Below the pieces are notes generated by a model, which saw only the letters and a program-made list of their open reading frames with translations, was not told the origin of the DNA and did not search any database. A DNA stretch of 64,000 bases, from the sequence record NC_018087.3; one strand, written 5' to 3'. How positions within the stretch are numbered: position 1 is the stretch's first letter; every line of letters starts with the position of its first letter. A program made the position numbers and the translations under genes. Positions 1 to 8,604 of this stretch are shown here, one piece after another. The stretch comes from Acinetobacter phage ZZ1.

Positions 1-2205
1 TTAAGTACCCAATAGTTTAACGATGTCATTTATCATATGATCATCGAGTGAATATTTGTTATCCAAAACATAATATATTGTAGGGTGTTTTTCGCGGAAA
101 GCGAGTAACTTTTTCTTATATGCATTTTCAGCCGCAATATGTCTTTCATTATATAAAACAATTGCGTCATTTAATCCTGGATAAGAAGACCCTCCAATTA
201 TACGAATATCTCTAACCTTTTTAAATAACCGATGCATTTCAACAGCTTCTTCACTGCGTGGAGCAGTTAATAAAGGTATAATAGATTTCACCAATTTTTC
301 ACTGCTTAACACATTTTGAATAAATGTTGATGTATTACTAAAAGAATATTTGCTTTCTGGAAAATCAGTTAGTAATTTAATCACAAGATCACACATATCT
401 TTGAATGCGCAAATTAAATTACTATTAGCAGATACTCGTTTATAAATTGATGGTCGAACCAAATACAATTTAGTAATACCTTGCTTCGCTAATATATCTC
501 GTACGGTATATTGACTGAGATTATTAATCGTACTAAAATTAAATGATTTTGCTGAAACATTATCGCGATAAAGACCCAACACATAACCATTTAATTCTTT
601 AATTTCATTACTAGTCAAATACAATAATTTAGTATCCCAAGATTTACGTTTTTCATTGTACTCCATAACTTCCGCATTTGGAGATGCAGGTCGTTTTTCA
701 GCCGGTGCAGTACGAGGTTTTTTAACGCCATATCCTGGAACTAATTTGCGAATATCTTCCATTTCACTTGATTTATACACATGTACAATATCATCGCCCA
801 TTACCGACTTAATTTCATTAATAACATTAAGACCGGATGGTGAATTTTGCACCACTAATACATGATCGTATTCTCTTAAAGCATCATCTTCTGTTGAATG
901 ACATAAACCTTTAATGGCAGCACGAGTTTTATGCATTGTTGTATCGCATATAATAATCCATGCCCGGCGGTTTGTATAGGTATAAATTCGATCTACTGAT
1001 GTTTCAGATACCTTTAAACGACGATATGAACTTGGCTCTACCAATTTACGCACCTTTGGTGAGTACTTATCGGCTATATAAACGGTTGAATGATTTACAA
1101 TTGCTTCGCGTAAATGAGGCATCTCAACTGATTTATTCAATTCTTTAATTGTCATGCCTAAAAATTTGATGCCTTTAGACTCAAGAATTGAATATTGTGA
1201 ACCTGGTAAATTATGCAACTTACGTAAAAGTTCACGACGATTTGTGATCTTTTGCAAAGAAGCAATATCTGCAGCCATTTGTTGCTCATTTAATGTGTTA
1301 ACACGTGTTCGCACATTTTTAAGAGTTCGTTCGTCAAATTGCAGTTCCTCTCGTGAAGGCTGCGGCATTAATTCACCTGATGCAAAGTGAATATATGTGA
1401 CGTCACTTTTTGTGCGTAACCAAGATGCATCAACGCCATCGACACCATTTAATGGATATACAATTGAGCCATAAATTGCATATACACCATTCGGTTCAAC
1501 ACTCATACGTTTATTTTCAATAATATGGCATTGACGAGTTGCAAACCAATCATCATTATAACCACGTAAATCATATAAAGATAATATATCCAGATTTACG
1601 CCTAAAACCTGATACGCCGATTTTGGGAATGGTCGTAAAATACGAACAAGTTCATTATGCCATTTGGGAATATCATCAATTTTACAAGGTACAGTTACTT
1701 CAATACCATCTTTATCCCCTTCTTCATATGGTCCAGAATAAACTTTAACCAATTGAGGTTCGCCGCCAGATAACATTGCATTATAAATTGTACAAATTCC
1801 AGCATGATATGACGCCACAGTAAAGGTATCTGTGTATGAGAATGGAGATTTTGCACCCAGTCCAAATGCACCCGTTTGTCTATCACAATCTGCTTTAGTT
1901 GATGCAAAGTATTGCGTGTAAATAGTGGTCATGTCTTCTTCATCTAGACCTGGACCAAAATCACGTACTACAAATCGAGGATCAAGCTCATTTGGTGCTT
2001 TAATTATAAAAGGTGTATCTTGATTATTTGCAATAATATGAGCATCATTTGCATTGCAAATAACTTCACGCACAACAGCACGAATTTTATGTTTATAGAT
2101 ACCACTTGACAAAATTTGGAATGCTTTTGCATTTGCCGCAATAGTAAAACTTTGTGCTTTACCTGCATTACCCAAAATAACTTCTTGTTCAACATGCATT
2201 TTCAT
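1..2205 (-). CDS. rIIA: rIIA-like membrane-associated protein with N-terminal GHKL (Bergerat-fold) ATPase domain
   Basis: 734 aa. N-box-like NANDAHII, G1 box DFGPGL and G2 box GAFGLGAKS near the N-terminus. Length and position next to the topoisomerase II gene match T4 rIIA. Positions 1-3 are the stop codon (tta), so the ORF is complete. Confidence 0.65.
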   Translation of the reverse strand: MKMHVEQEVILGNAGKAQSFTIAANAKAFQILSSGIYKHKIRAVVREVICNANDAHIIANNQDTPFIIKAPNELDPRFVVRDFGPGLDEEDMTTIYTQYFASTKADCDRQTGAFGLGAKSPFSYTDTFTVASYHAGICTIYNAMLSGGEPQLVKVYSGPYEEGDKDGIEVTVPCKIDDIPKWHNELVRILRPFPKSAYQVLGVNLDILSLYDLRGYNDDWFATRQCHIIENKRMSVEPNGVYAIYGSIVYPLNGVDGVDASWLRTKSDVTYIHFASGELMPQPSREELQFDERTLKNVRTRVNTLNEQQMAADIASLQKITNRRELLRKLHNLPGSQYSILESKGIKFLGMTIKELNKSVEMPHLREAIVNHSTVYIADKYSPKVRKLVEPSSYRRLKVSETSVDRIYTYTNRRAWIIICDTTMHKTRAAIKGLCHSTEDDALREYDHVLVVQNSPSGLNVINEIKSVMGDDIVHVYKSSEMEDIRKLVPGYGVKKPRTAPAEKRPASPNAEVMEYNEKRKSWDTKLLYLTSNEIKELNGYVLGLYRDNVSAKSFNFSTINNLSQYTVRDILAKQGITKLYLVRPSIYKRVSANSNLICAFKDMCDLVIKLLTDFPESKYSFSNTSTFIQNVLSSEKLVKSIIPLLTAPRSEEAVEMHRLFKKVRDIRIIGGSSYPGLNDAIVLYNERHIAAENAYKKKLLAFREKHPTIYYVLDNKYSLDDHMINDIVKLLGT

Positions 2206-2358
2206 ATTAAAATTCTCATTGAATACTATCTAAGTACAACATATACAATATCATAAGTTGTTTGATTTGTACAATCTTTAAGTCCTGCATTTGATTTGGA
2301 TCAAGAAATGTATTCAATTCTTGATCCAATGCAATTTCATAATCTGTATATGTTTTCA

Positions 2359-2565
2359 TTACAAACCATGGCGTTTAAGTAATTCAATTGCTTTACGTTC
2401 ATCTTCTTCGGATGCAACGCCTGCTTCTAAACGAGCCGCCATTTCCAGGTTTAAATTACGTTCAATTGCGGCTTCATGTACATCAAAAAAACGTTCAGTT
2501 GAATGATGTTGTCGTTTAATAGCTTCAGCAAGATTTTTTTTATTAATTACAGGTGGACAAATCAT
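2359..2565 (-). CDS. hypothetical protein (occupies the rIIA.1 position)
   Basis: 68-aa minus-strand ORF immediately upstream of rIIA. No recognisable motif. Confidence 0.4.
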   Translation of the reverse strand: MICPPVINKKNLAEAIKRQHHSTERFFDVHEAAIERNLNLEMAARLEAGVASEEDERKAIELLKRHGL

Positions 2566-2577
2566 TTCAATTTCCTC

Positions 2578-2904
2578 TTACATTGCAAGTAAAGTTACAG
2601 TAGCTTTACCATTTTCAAATTTAGATACTTCCATAATGAACTGTTCGCCGATGATTGATTTACATTCATATAAACCTTCACCTTTACGGATGTAGTTTAC
2701 ATTCCAGAATGCAATCATTGTATCATATTCTTCTTTAGAAGTTACATTAATTACAAAAGTAGACATACCTTTCTTATTAAAAACTTTCCAATCAATCTCA
2801 CCAATTTTACCTTCCATTTTGTTTAAAGTGAAAGATACATCAGAAAGAATAATGTTAGTCATTTTAATTTGAAAACGTTCTACTTTTTTAGTTAATGTAG
2901 CCAT
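2578..2904 (-). CDS. hypothetical protein
   Basis: 108-aa ORF, same strand and codon style as neighbours. A terminator hairpin lies just upstream at about 2981-3009. Confidence 0.5.
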   Translation of the reverse strand: MATLTKKVERFQIKMTNIILSDVSFTLNKMEGKIGEIDWKVFNKKGMSTFVINVTSKEEYDTMIAFWNVNYIRKGEGLYECKSIIGEQFIMEVSKFENGKATVTLLAM

Positions 2905-2980
2905 GATAATTTACTCAGTGTTTGTTCATTTGATGTAGTTATTATATAAGAATTTAATAAGCATGTAAACCCTTTAAATG

Positions 2981-3009
2981 AAAAAAGGTGCAAATAATGC
3001 ACCTTTTTA
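2981..3009 (-). terminator. rho-independent terminator (ggtgca-aataa-tgcacc hairpin plus T-run)
   Basis: aaaaaaggtgcaaataatgcacctttttatt. On the minus strand the hairpin is followed by TTTTT directly after the stop of the 3010..3639 gene. Confidence 0.6.
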
Positions 3010-3639
3010 TTAAAGTTTTAAAATAGTACCATATAAACGACGAACATATGTACGATAATCAACAAGAGTCTCTTCATCGACATAATATTGCGGAACATTT
3101 AACCAGTGTTCAGCACCCATATTATCAACAATATAAGGCACATTGAGTTGGTAATCATATTTGATATTATGAACATATCGACGACGTTGGCCGTCTGTAT
3201 AGTCTACAAGGATTTCAGCGCCAAGTAAAAATTTACAATCTCTAAAATATGGTGTTAGTTCAGGTCGTTCATATCTTTCATGTAAAACTACTTTTGCATT
3301 TACACCTTTTAAAACTAACATTTGACGACCATCATGTGGGTGTTCATCTACATAATAAGATTCGAGCCAACGATGTTCATTTGTAAATTCATCACCAAAA
3401 ATTAAATCCAACCAAGTTGTACCTGGGTTAAGTTTAACATTTGCACGAACGTTTACCGTAATAATATCAGTAAGATTATATTTATAATCAAGTTCAAAAA
3501 TTTGGCCGTCTTTATAATTATCTAAACGCATCCAACCCAAACCTACAATATTAAGTAGTGCAATATGAGTAAACTTTTCTGGGTTATAAACACCTGCATC
3601 CAAAATCAATTCACGTAAAGTATTCATATTAATCCTCAT
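3010..3639 (-). CDS. hypothetical protein (about 205 aa; true start probably the second ATG at 3627, preceded by TGAGGAT)
   Basis: ORF track 209 aa. The ATG at 3627 has a GAGGA Shine-Dalgarno; the first ATG has none. A weak HxD...H pattern (EHPHDG ... YVHNI) could fit a 2OG-Fe(II) oxygenase-like fold but is not convincing. Confidence 0.5.
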   Translation of the reverse strand: MRINMNTLRELILDAGVYNPEKFTHIALLNIVGLGWMRLDNYKDGQIFELDYKYNLTDIITVNVRANVKLNPGTTWLDLIFGDEFTNEHRWLESYYVDEHPHDGRQMLVLKGVNAKVVLHERYERPELTPYFRDCKFLLGAEILVDYTDGQRRRYVHNIKYDYQLNVPYIVDNMGAEHWLNVPQYYVDEETLVDYRTYVRRLYGTILKL

Positions 3640-3754
3640 TTAAATGCTTTTTAAACTTTTCTTTTCTGTCATATTTTGACTTGTCTTTTACAACCTGCAT
3701 CTTAAATGCAGGTGTTCTAACAGCTTTTGCAACTGGATTACGTTTATTTCTCAT
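3629..3754 (-). CDS. small highly basic protein (41 aa), below the ORF-track cutoff
   Basis: Manual translation gives MRNKRNPVAKAVRTPAFKMQVVKDKSKYDRKEKFKKHLNED. Its ATG (3754-3752) overlaps the TGA of the upstream gene (3753-3751) as ATGA. Its TAA sits beside the next gene start as TAATATG. Confidence 0.35.
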   Translation of the reverse strand: MRNKRNPVAKAVRTPAFKMQVVKDKSKYDRKEKFKKHLNED

Positions 3755-3990
3755 TTCTTCTCCTTGTATGATTGATACAATCGATATGGCGTCATGAGAC
3801 CAATAAGTAAATAAATTAGTAGATATACTAATGAAGAAAATAGCAATCCTATAACTGGCATTTGACCAATAAAATCGGTTTTGTTTGGACCGAATTTATG
3901 ATCATGATGACCTTCATTAACGTATCGATTCCAACTAAATGTACCTTTCAAATTTGTCTTAACAATTTTAATTAACTTTTTCATTTCCAT
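3751..3990 (-). CDS. small membrane protein (one transmembrane segment)
   Basis: 79 aa with hydrophobic stretch MPVIGLLFSSLVYLLIYLLIGLM. Confidence 0.45.
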   Translation of the reverse strand: MEMKKLIKIVKTNLKGTFSWNRYVNEGHHDHKFGPNKTDFIGQMPVIGLLFSSLVYLLIYLLIGLMTPYRLYQSYKEKK

Positions 3991-5249
3991 AACTCCAAAT
4001 ATTTGGTTTCTAAATCTTCTGGCACAAAGAAATGGCTTGCAAAAAATGCGTCCATACCTGTGACAAGATTTCGATCTTCACGAATAGACATACCACATGC
4101 TTTGTCACCAATAATCCATGAGCCAATGATCGGATAATATCCATCGTGCGGTTGAATTTCATGCCATTGTTGGTACATATAGCCCCAATGATCATATTCA
4201 GGTACTTTGTGAGAACCCGGAGCCAAATGACTAAGCTCTTCGCCAGAACAAAAATGCGAACGATAGATGTTTGAACCTTCGCGGCCATGAATTGCTTTCT
4301 TAGCATATTGACCCGATTTTGGATGATGATTCCCATCAAAACTCGCCAATAAATTAGGGTGATTAGGGAACATTTCCCATAACTTAATAAGCATTGCTTT
4401 GTTTGAAAGCAGCATTTTCCATGCGGGTTCCATCCAACGAGTGTTAGTACAGTCAAGAATGTCAGAACCAAATTTCTCTTCAGTCATCCATTCCCAAGGA
4501 TAAAGTTTAAAACAATTTTTGATCTCTTGGTCTTGAAGATCGATAAACGATTTAGTTTCAGGGCCTGTGCCAATACGTTCTTTCAAAAGACCAATATCTT
4601 GCATTTGCAATTCTTTAACAGATAAACCAGCACGAAGTGCAGAATCCATCAAATAAACTAAATTACCAAAGTCTTCATGACGGAATCCACCGCTTGATGC
4701 AAAATGAACTAATTCGCCTGGTTTAAATCGTTCCTGCCAAACTTCTTGAAGAGTTTCATCAATAAGATTATATTGAATACGCAGATCATCTGGATAATCA
4801 CGACCGTCTGGTAATTTTTGCATACTTTCAATATAATTCCATTGTGCTACAGAACATTCAAGAATTGAAACTGGAGTGTCGCCATTATACTCAAACATTT
4901 TTAATGAGTCATCAGAGCCAAAAGCAAGATCGAAACGTCCATATAATGATTTATCACCACGATTCCAAGATTGTTCAATTAAAGGAATCGAATTTTCATC
5001 CAAATTGAAGTACTCAGGATAATCACCAGATTTGATCATTTGTTCTACCATTGCATAAGACATATCGTGTAAGTCTTGTGATGCAGCTTGAATACGGTCA
5101 ATTTCACTTTCTGACATTCCATATACAACGCCTTCTTGCCAATATGGTGCAGCATCAGGTCCAGAAGGGGCATTCCAATAATTGAAGCCAATTCCCTCTA
5201 AAAGTTCAATGTGATTAGGACGGATTTCGAAATTGCTATGGCGTTTCAT
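3981..5249 (-). CDS. glutathionylspermidine synthetase-like (GspS/YgiC/YjfC family) ATP-grasp protein
   Basis: 422 aa. The motifs RFDLAFGSDD...FEYNGDTP and the overall length are characteristic of the stand-alone synthetase (pre-ATP-grasp plus ATP-grasp) family. Confidence 0.55.
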   Translation of the reverse strand: MKRHSNFEIRPNHIELLEGIGFNYWNAPSGPDAAPYWQEGVVYGMSESEIDRIQAASQDLHDMSYAMVEQMIKSGDYPEYFNLDENSIPLIEQSWNRGDKSLYGRFDLAFGSDDSLKMFEYNGDTPVSILECSVAQWNYIESMQKLPDGRDYPDDLRIQYNLIDETLQEVWQERFKPGELVHFASSGGFRHEDFGNLVYLMDSALRAGLSVKELQMQDIGLLKERIGTGPETKSFIDLQDQEIKNCFKLYPWEWMTEEKFGSDILDCTNTRWMEPAWKMLLSNKAMLIKLWEMFPNHPNLLASFDGNHHPKSGQYAKKAIHGREGSNIYRSHFCSGEELSHLAPGSHKVPEYDHWGYMYQQWHEIQPHDGYYPIIGSWIIGDKACGMSIREDRNLVTGMDAFFASHFFVPEDLETKYLELWK

Positions 5250-5311
5250 ACTTTACTCATTTTTTAAAGATTTCAGAAATTTTACACTAATAATAAAAAC
5301 ATGTAAACATT

Positions 5312-5596
5312 TTATCTAAATTTAGTGTATTCACATCGATGTTGTGGGATTTTCATATAACGATCGGCTAATGTTAAATTAACATATGTACCATCGGAAT
5401 ACCATGTAATAGAACTATCATTACCTGTATACGTGACAATCGAATCACCCGAAAGTGATAAACACTTAAGCGTAACTGTACCGGCAGGTGTATATTCTTG
5501 ATTTGCTTTTGGGTGTTGCATTACAAAAATACTTAATGCAATAATAATTCCAATAATTAAACAGAATATCATTTGACCATTATTTAATTTATTCAT
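5312..5596 (-). CDS. hypothetical exported/membrane-anchored protein
   Basis: 94 aa; N-terminal hydrophobic segment MIFCLIIGIIIALSIFV. Confidence 0.45.
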   Translation of the reverse strand: MNKLNNGQMIFCLIIGIIIALSIFVMQHPKANQEYTPAGTVTLKCLSLSGDSIVTYTGNDSSITWYSDGTYVNLTLADRYMKIPQHRCEYTKFR

Positions 5597-5606
5597 AAAA
5601 ACTCCA

Positions 5607-5625
5607 AAGGGCCGAAGCCCTTAAT
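5607..5625 (-). terminator. rho-independent terminator (aagggc-cgaa-gccctt)
   Basis: Hairpin at 5607-5622 followed on the minus strand by a T-run, directly after the stop at 5628. Confidence 0.55.
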
Positions 5626-5627
5626 TA

Positions 5628-6149
5628 TTAACCACCTGAAGATACTGCACCACCGAAACCACCACGAGAAGTTGACGTACTACGAGACACTGCAGCGGCT
5701 TTAGTTGAAACCGCACGTGATTCGGTTGCTCGATATGAATTTAACGTGTTTCGAGCCGGCGGAACATATGCACTTGATCCCATTGCTTGTTGACGAGATT
5801 TAAATGAATTATATGACCCATTAGACATCATATTGCCGAGCATCATGCCCATTGCGCCAGCCATCATCATATCCATACCACTAAATCCTGAATTTGATGC
5901 AGCTTGTGTTGCTGCTGCAGGATCAGTTTTATGTAATTCAAGTAATTTTACCCAATCTTCGTATGTGCCGGTATAACCTTTAGCTTTGGCCTCTTCATAT
6001 GATTTGCTTAAAGTATCAGCGACTTGAACAAATGCACCTTCAGGAGTTTGCGCTACATTTGATGCAACAGCAACAGAATCATCTTTGGCACAGCCTGCTA
6101 ATACAAAGGCAGGTACCATCAACATTACAATAGATTTTTTCAGTTTCAT
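5628..6149 (-). CDS. putative lipoprotein with Met/Gly-rich region
   Basis: 173 aa. Signal peptide plus lipobox (VLAGC). Carries the segment MDMMMAGAMGMMLGNMMSNGS. Confidence 0.55.
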   Translation of the reverse strand: MKLKKSIVMLMVPAFVLAGCAKDDSVAVASNVAQTPEGAFVQVADTLSKSYEEAKAKGYTGTYEDWVKLLELHKTDPAAATQAASNSGFSGMDMMMAGAMGMMLGNMMSNGSYNSFKSRQQAMGSSAYVPPARNTLNSYRATESRAVSTKAAAVSRSTSTSRGGFGGAVSSGG

Positions 6150-6156
6150 TTTTCAC

Positions 6157-6498
6157 CTAGATATCAATAGAAGAGAATTGTGCAATAATAGTCAAACCTA
6201 CTGAAATGAAGATAAGACCGACCCATGCACCAAGGTCTAAATTTTGATTAAGCATTATTTTTGCAAGAAATGCAGTAGCAACGGCACCAAGGCCTGACCA
6301 CATAACATACAATATACCAGCTTGCATATATTTTAATGCGATAACACAAGCAATAAATGATCCAGTATATAATATTGCACCAATTATAAGAGGTCCAATA
6401 TTATTAAAACCGTCTGCCTTTGCCATATAAATGGTTGATATTACATCAGTGGCTATTGCTACCAATAGCCACATTACACCTATTTGACTAGATGTCAT
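6157..6498 (-). CDS. small multidrug resistance (SMR/EmrE/SugE-like) family membrane protein
   Basis: 113 aa with four predicted TM helices. TM1 motif IATDVISTIYMAKADGF aligns to EmrE ILAEVIGTTLMKFSEGF, with Asp in place of Glu14. TM3 motif YVMWSGLGAV matches EmrE YAIWSGVGIV. ATGA overlap with the upstream gene. Confidence 0.6.
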   Translation of the reverse strand: MTSSQIGVMWLLVAIATDVISTIYMAKADGFNNIGPLIIGAILYTGSFIACVIALKYMQAGILYVMWSGLGAVATAFLAKIMLNQNLDLGAWVGLIFISVGLTIIAQFSSIDI

Positions 6499-6851
6499 TT
6501 GAATTCACCCAAAACATTATATGCCTTTTTAAGCCATTCATCACGAGTCAAATAAGGGCCAATATCCGATGTAAATAACTTGATGACTTTCCATGTACGT
6601 TCAGTATAACGAGAGTATGACCAATCAGCAAATAATCCAATCCCTGATTCATCCATATCTGGTTTTTTAATACCAAAAATACGACGAATAGTTCGGGATT
6701 CAGATACATCACCCCACTCGTCAGTAGACCATCCAAATGTTTTGCCGATAACACATGTTTTATATTCACCCATACTAAATTCAGTATCTTGAGGTAATTG
6801 TTCAACAGCTTCAATAGCACGGATAAGGCCGTTAATTAAATTAACTTTCAT
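6495..6851 (-). CDS. hypothetical protein
   Basis: 118 aa. Translationally coupled (ATGA) to the SMR gene. Confidence 0.5.
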   Translation of the reverse strand: MKVNLINGLIRAIEAVEQLPQDTEFSMGEYKTCVIGKTFGWSTDEWGDVSESRTIRRIFGIKKPDMDESGIGLFADWSYSRYTERTWKVIKLFTSDIGPYLTRDEWLKKAYNVLGEFK

Positions 6852-6898
6852 TTTGATTTGCTCATGTTATTTGGTATGTTCATATAATAATAAAAAAT

Positions 6899-6920
6899 CC
6901 AGGCTATGTACATAGCCTGG
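6899..6920 (-). terminator. palindromic terminator hairpin CCAGGCTATGTACATAGCCTGG (member of a repeated hairpin family)
   Basis: Perfect 22-nt palindrome, flanked by A6 upstream and T-run downstream on the minus strand, directly after the rnlB stop at 6936. Confidence 0.65.
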
Positions 6921-6935
6921 ACAAAAATATTTTAA

Positions 6936-7955
6936 TTATTCTACTTTATGCACAGCAAAATCTTGTTCAGTCCAATATTCACGCACATCAACTTGAACAA
7001 TTTTCTGCAATTCGCCCTTAAGTTTAGATGGAGCTTCTGCTTGATTAATACTAATACCTTCACGTTCAGCTTCAGTAAGTAGATCGTGCATTGTCATACC
7101 TAAAAGTTTACCAAACATTTTTGGATTTAATTCACCAATATGTGAGGCGACATTTGAAATACGAGCTTTTGTTGAAAACTCTGATAACTTATTCAAAAGG
7201 TCTTTATCTGCTTCCGATAAAGGTACCGGAATTTTAGGTAATTTACCTTTACCCTTTTCTTTAAATTTATCAGTTTTGTATTTGATGGCAACACGTGAAC
7301 CGTTATTTAAAAACAATGGGTATACAGGTTTAATAACAAGACCTTCACCTACATTATCAGTTGGAGCTGGTTGTGCATGATAACCATACATATTGTCCCA
7401 AGTTAATGATGGTACAATTGTATTAAATTCAACAGGCAATTTAAGAAGTTGTTCCAAACTACCATGGGCAATTAAAGGCGCAATTTTTAAACCATGATGT
7501 TCACAAAATGCTTGCACACTACGGTCATCCCACCAACCATTTGAAATTCCTGCCGCCGGCGCATCTAAAAAGATATCGAAAACATAAAATGATTTTGGAC
7601 CATAATCAACTTCTTTTTGAATATTACCACCAGCATATTCACCAAAGATTTGCATTGAATTCCAACCGTCGCCATTATCAATAAGTAATTTTTGAACAGC
7701 TTTAAATACATCATCCAAATCTTTCATTACATCTTCATAACCAAAGAATTTTTCAGTTGGGCCGATTGGCCCTGAACGTTTACAAGCTTGAATGTTGTCT
7801 TTAGTAATGATAATTGAGAAGTTTGTACCATGGATTTTTTCACGGGCCACAAATTCACATGCATTGCCACCATTTTGAGCAGCAACATCAAAACAGGCCT
7901 GGATGAATTTACCATTAGTATGATTTTCAAGGCTTGAATATTTTTTAAAAGTCAT
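6936..7955 (-). CDS. rnlB: RNA ligase 2 (T4 Rnl2-type)
   Basis: 339 aa. The N-terminus MTFKKYSSLENHTNGKF and the nucleotidyltransferase motif I REKIHGTNFS closely parallel T4 Rnl2 (MFKKYSSLENHYN...AREKIHGTNFS). Confidence 0.8.
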   Translation of the reverse strand: MTFKKYSSLENHTNGKFIQACFDVAAQNGGNACEFVAREKIHGTNFSIIITKDNIQACKRSGPIGPTEKFFGYEDVMKDLDDVFKAVQKLLIDNGDGWNSMQIFGEYAGGNIQKEVDYGPKSFYVFDIFLDAPAAGISNGWWDDRSVQAFCEHHGLKIAPLIAHGSLEQLLKLPVEFNTIVPSLTWDNMYGYHAQPAPTDNVGEGLVIKPVYPLFLNNGSRVAIKYKTDKFKEKGKGKLPKIPVPLSEADKDLLNKLSEFSTKARISNVASHIGELNPKMFGKLLGMTMHDLLTEAEREGISINQAEAPSKLKGELQKIVQVDVREYWTEQDFAVHKVE

Positions 7956-7991
7956 TTTATGTCTCCAAAATAATTTAGGGATAAGATTAAT

Positions 7992-8369
7992 TTAAATGTC
8001 GCTTTCTACAATACCAAAAATTACACTGGTATCCACATCTTCAAGTTTATGGATGATAATTCTAAGGCCTTTAACAATTCCGGTAATTTGGTTAAAATCA
8101 CCATCTGATAAGGTTTTAAAGGCATCTTGACCACCATAATGTACAATGAAAGGGTCGTCTAATTGAATATAATGAGTTTTTAATGGATTTTTTGCGTATC
8201 GTTTAATACTTTCCAAATCGTATGATAGATTCAGTTTTAATAAATCGTTATATTTTGGAAAGCGTTTAAGAGCTTTAATAATTAATGATCGATCTTTAGG
8301 GTCCGCCAGTTTAATGGCATCATTAAAAGACTTAATGAATGTATTATAAACATCTGGAGTGAGAAGCAT
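7992..8369 (-). CDS. hypothetical protein (paralogous to 8580..9044)
   Basis: 125 aa. Shares the N-terminal motif YNxxIKxFNDAI with the 154-aa ORF two genes upstream. Confidence 0.5.
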   Translation of the reverse strand: MLLTPDVYNTFIKSFNDAIKLADPKDRSLIIKALKRFPKYNDLLKLNLSYDLESIKRYAKNPLKTHYIQLDDPFIVHYGGQDAFKTLSDGDFNQITGIVKGLRIIIHKLEDVDTSVIFGIVESDI

Positions 8370-8370
8370 T

Positions 8371-8604
8371 TTATTTTCCTTTACTTAAATTTGCCCGAAC
8401 AAAACAGTCTTTTGCTTCTAATAACTTACGCAACCCCGTCTGTGTTTCTTCACATGCGGGCAAAGATAAAACCATTTTTGCAGCAAGATCGCCTATACCT
8501 TTAGATACTTCTTGTAAGTGTGGTGGCAAATGGTCATATGCAAAATACTGTAAAATTGGATAAGAATTTGCATAGAGTGTTAATTTCTCATTAGATTCAG
8601 ACAT
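8371..8604 (-). CDS. hypothetical protein
   Basis: 77-aa ORF. Confidence 0.4.
   Translation of the reverse strand: MSESNEKLTLYANSYPILQYFAYDHLPPHLQEVSKGIGDLAAKMVLSLPACEETQTGLRKLLEAKDCFVRANLSKGK

Noticed and set aside
3010-3639. 2OG-Fe(II) oxygenase assignment for the 209-aa ORF
   Set aside because: Only an imperfect H-x-H-D...H pattern is visible and no RxS motif was identified. It is kept as hypothetical.
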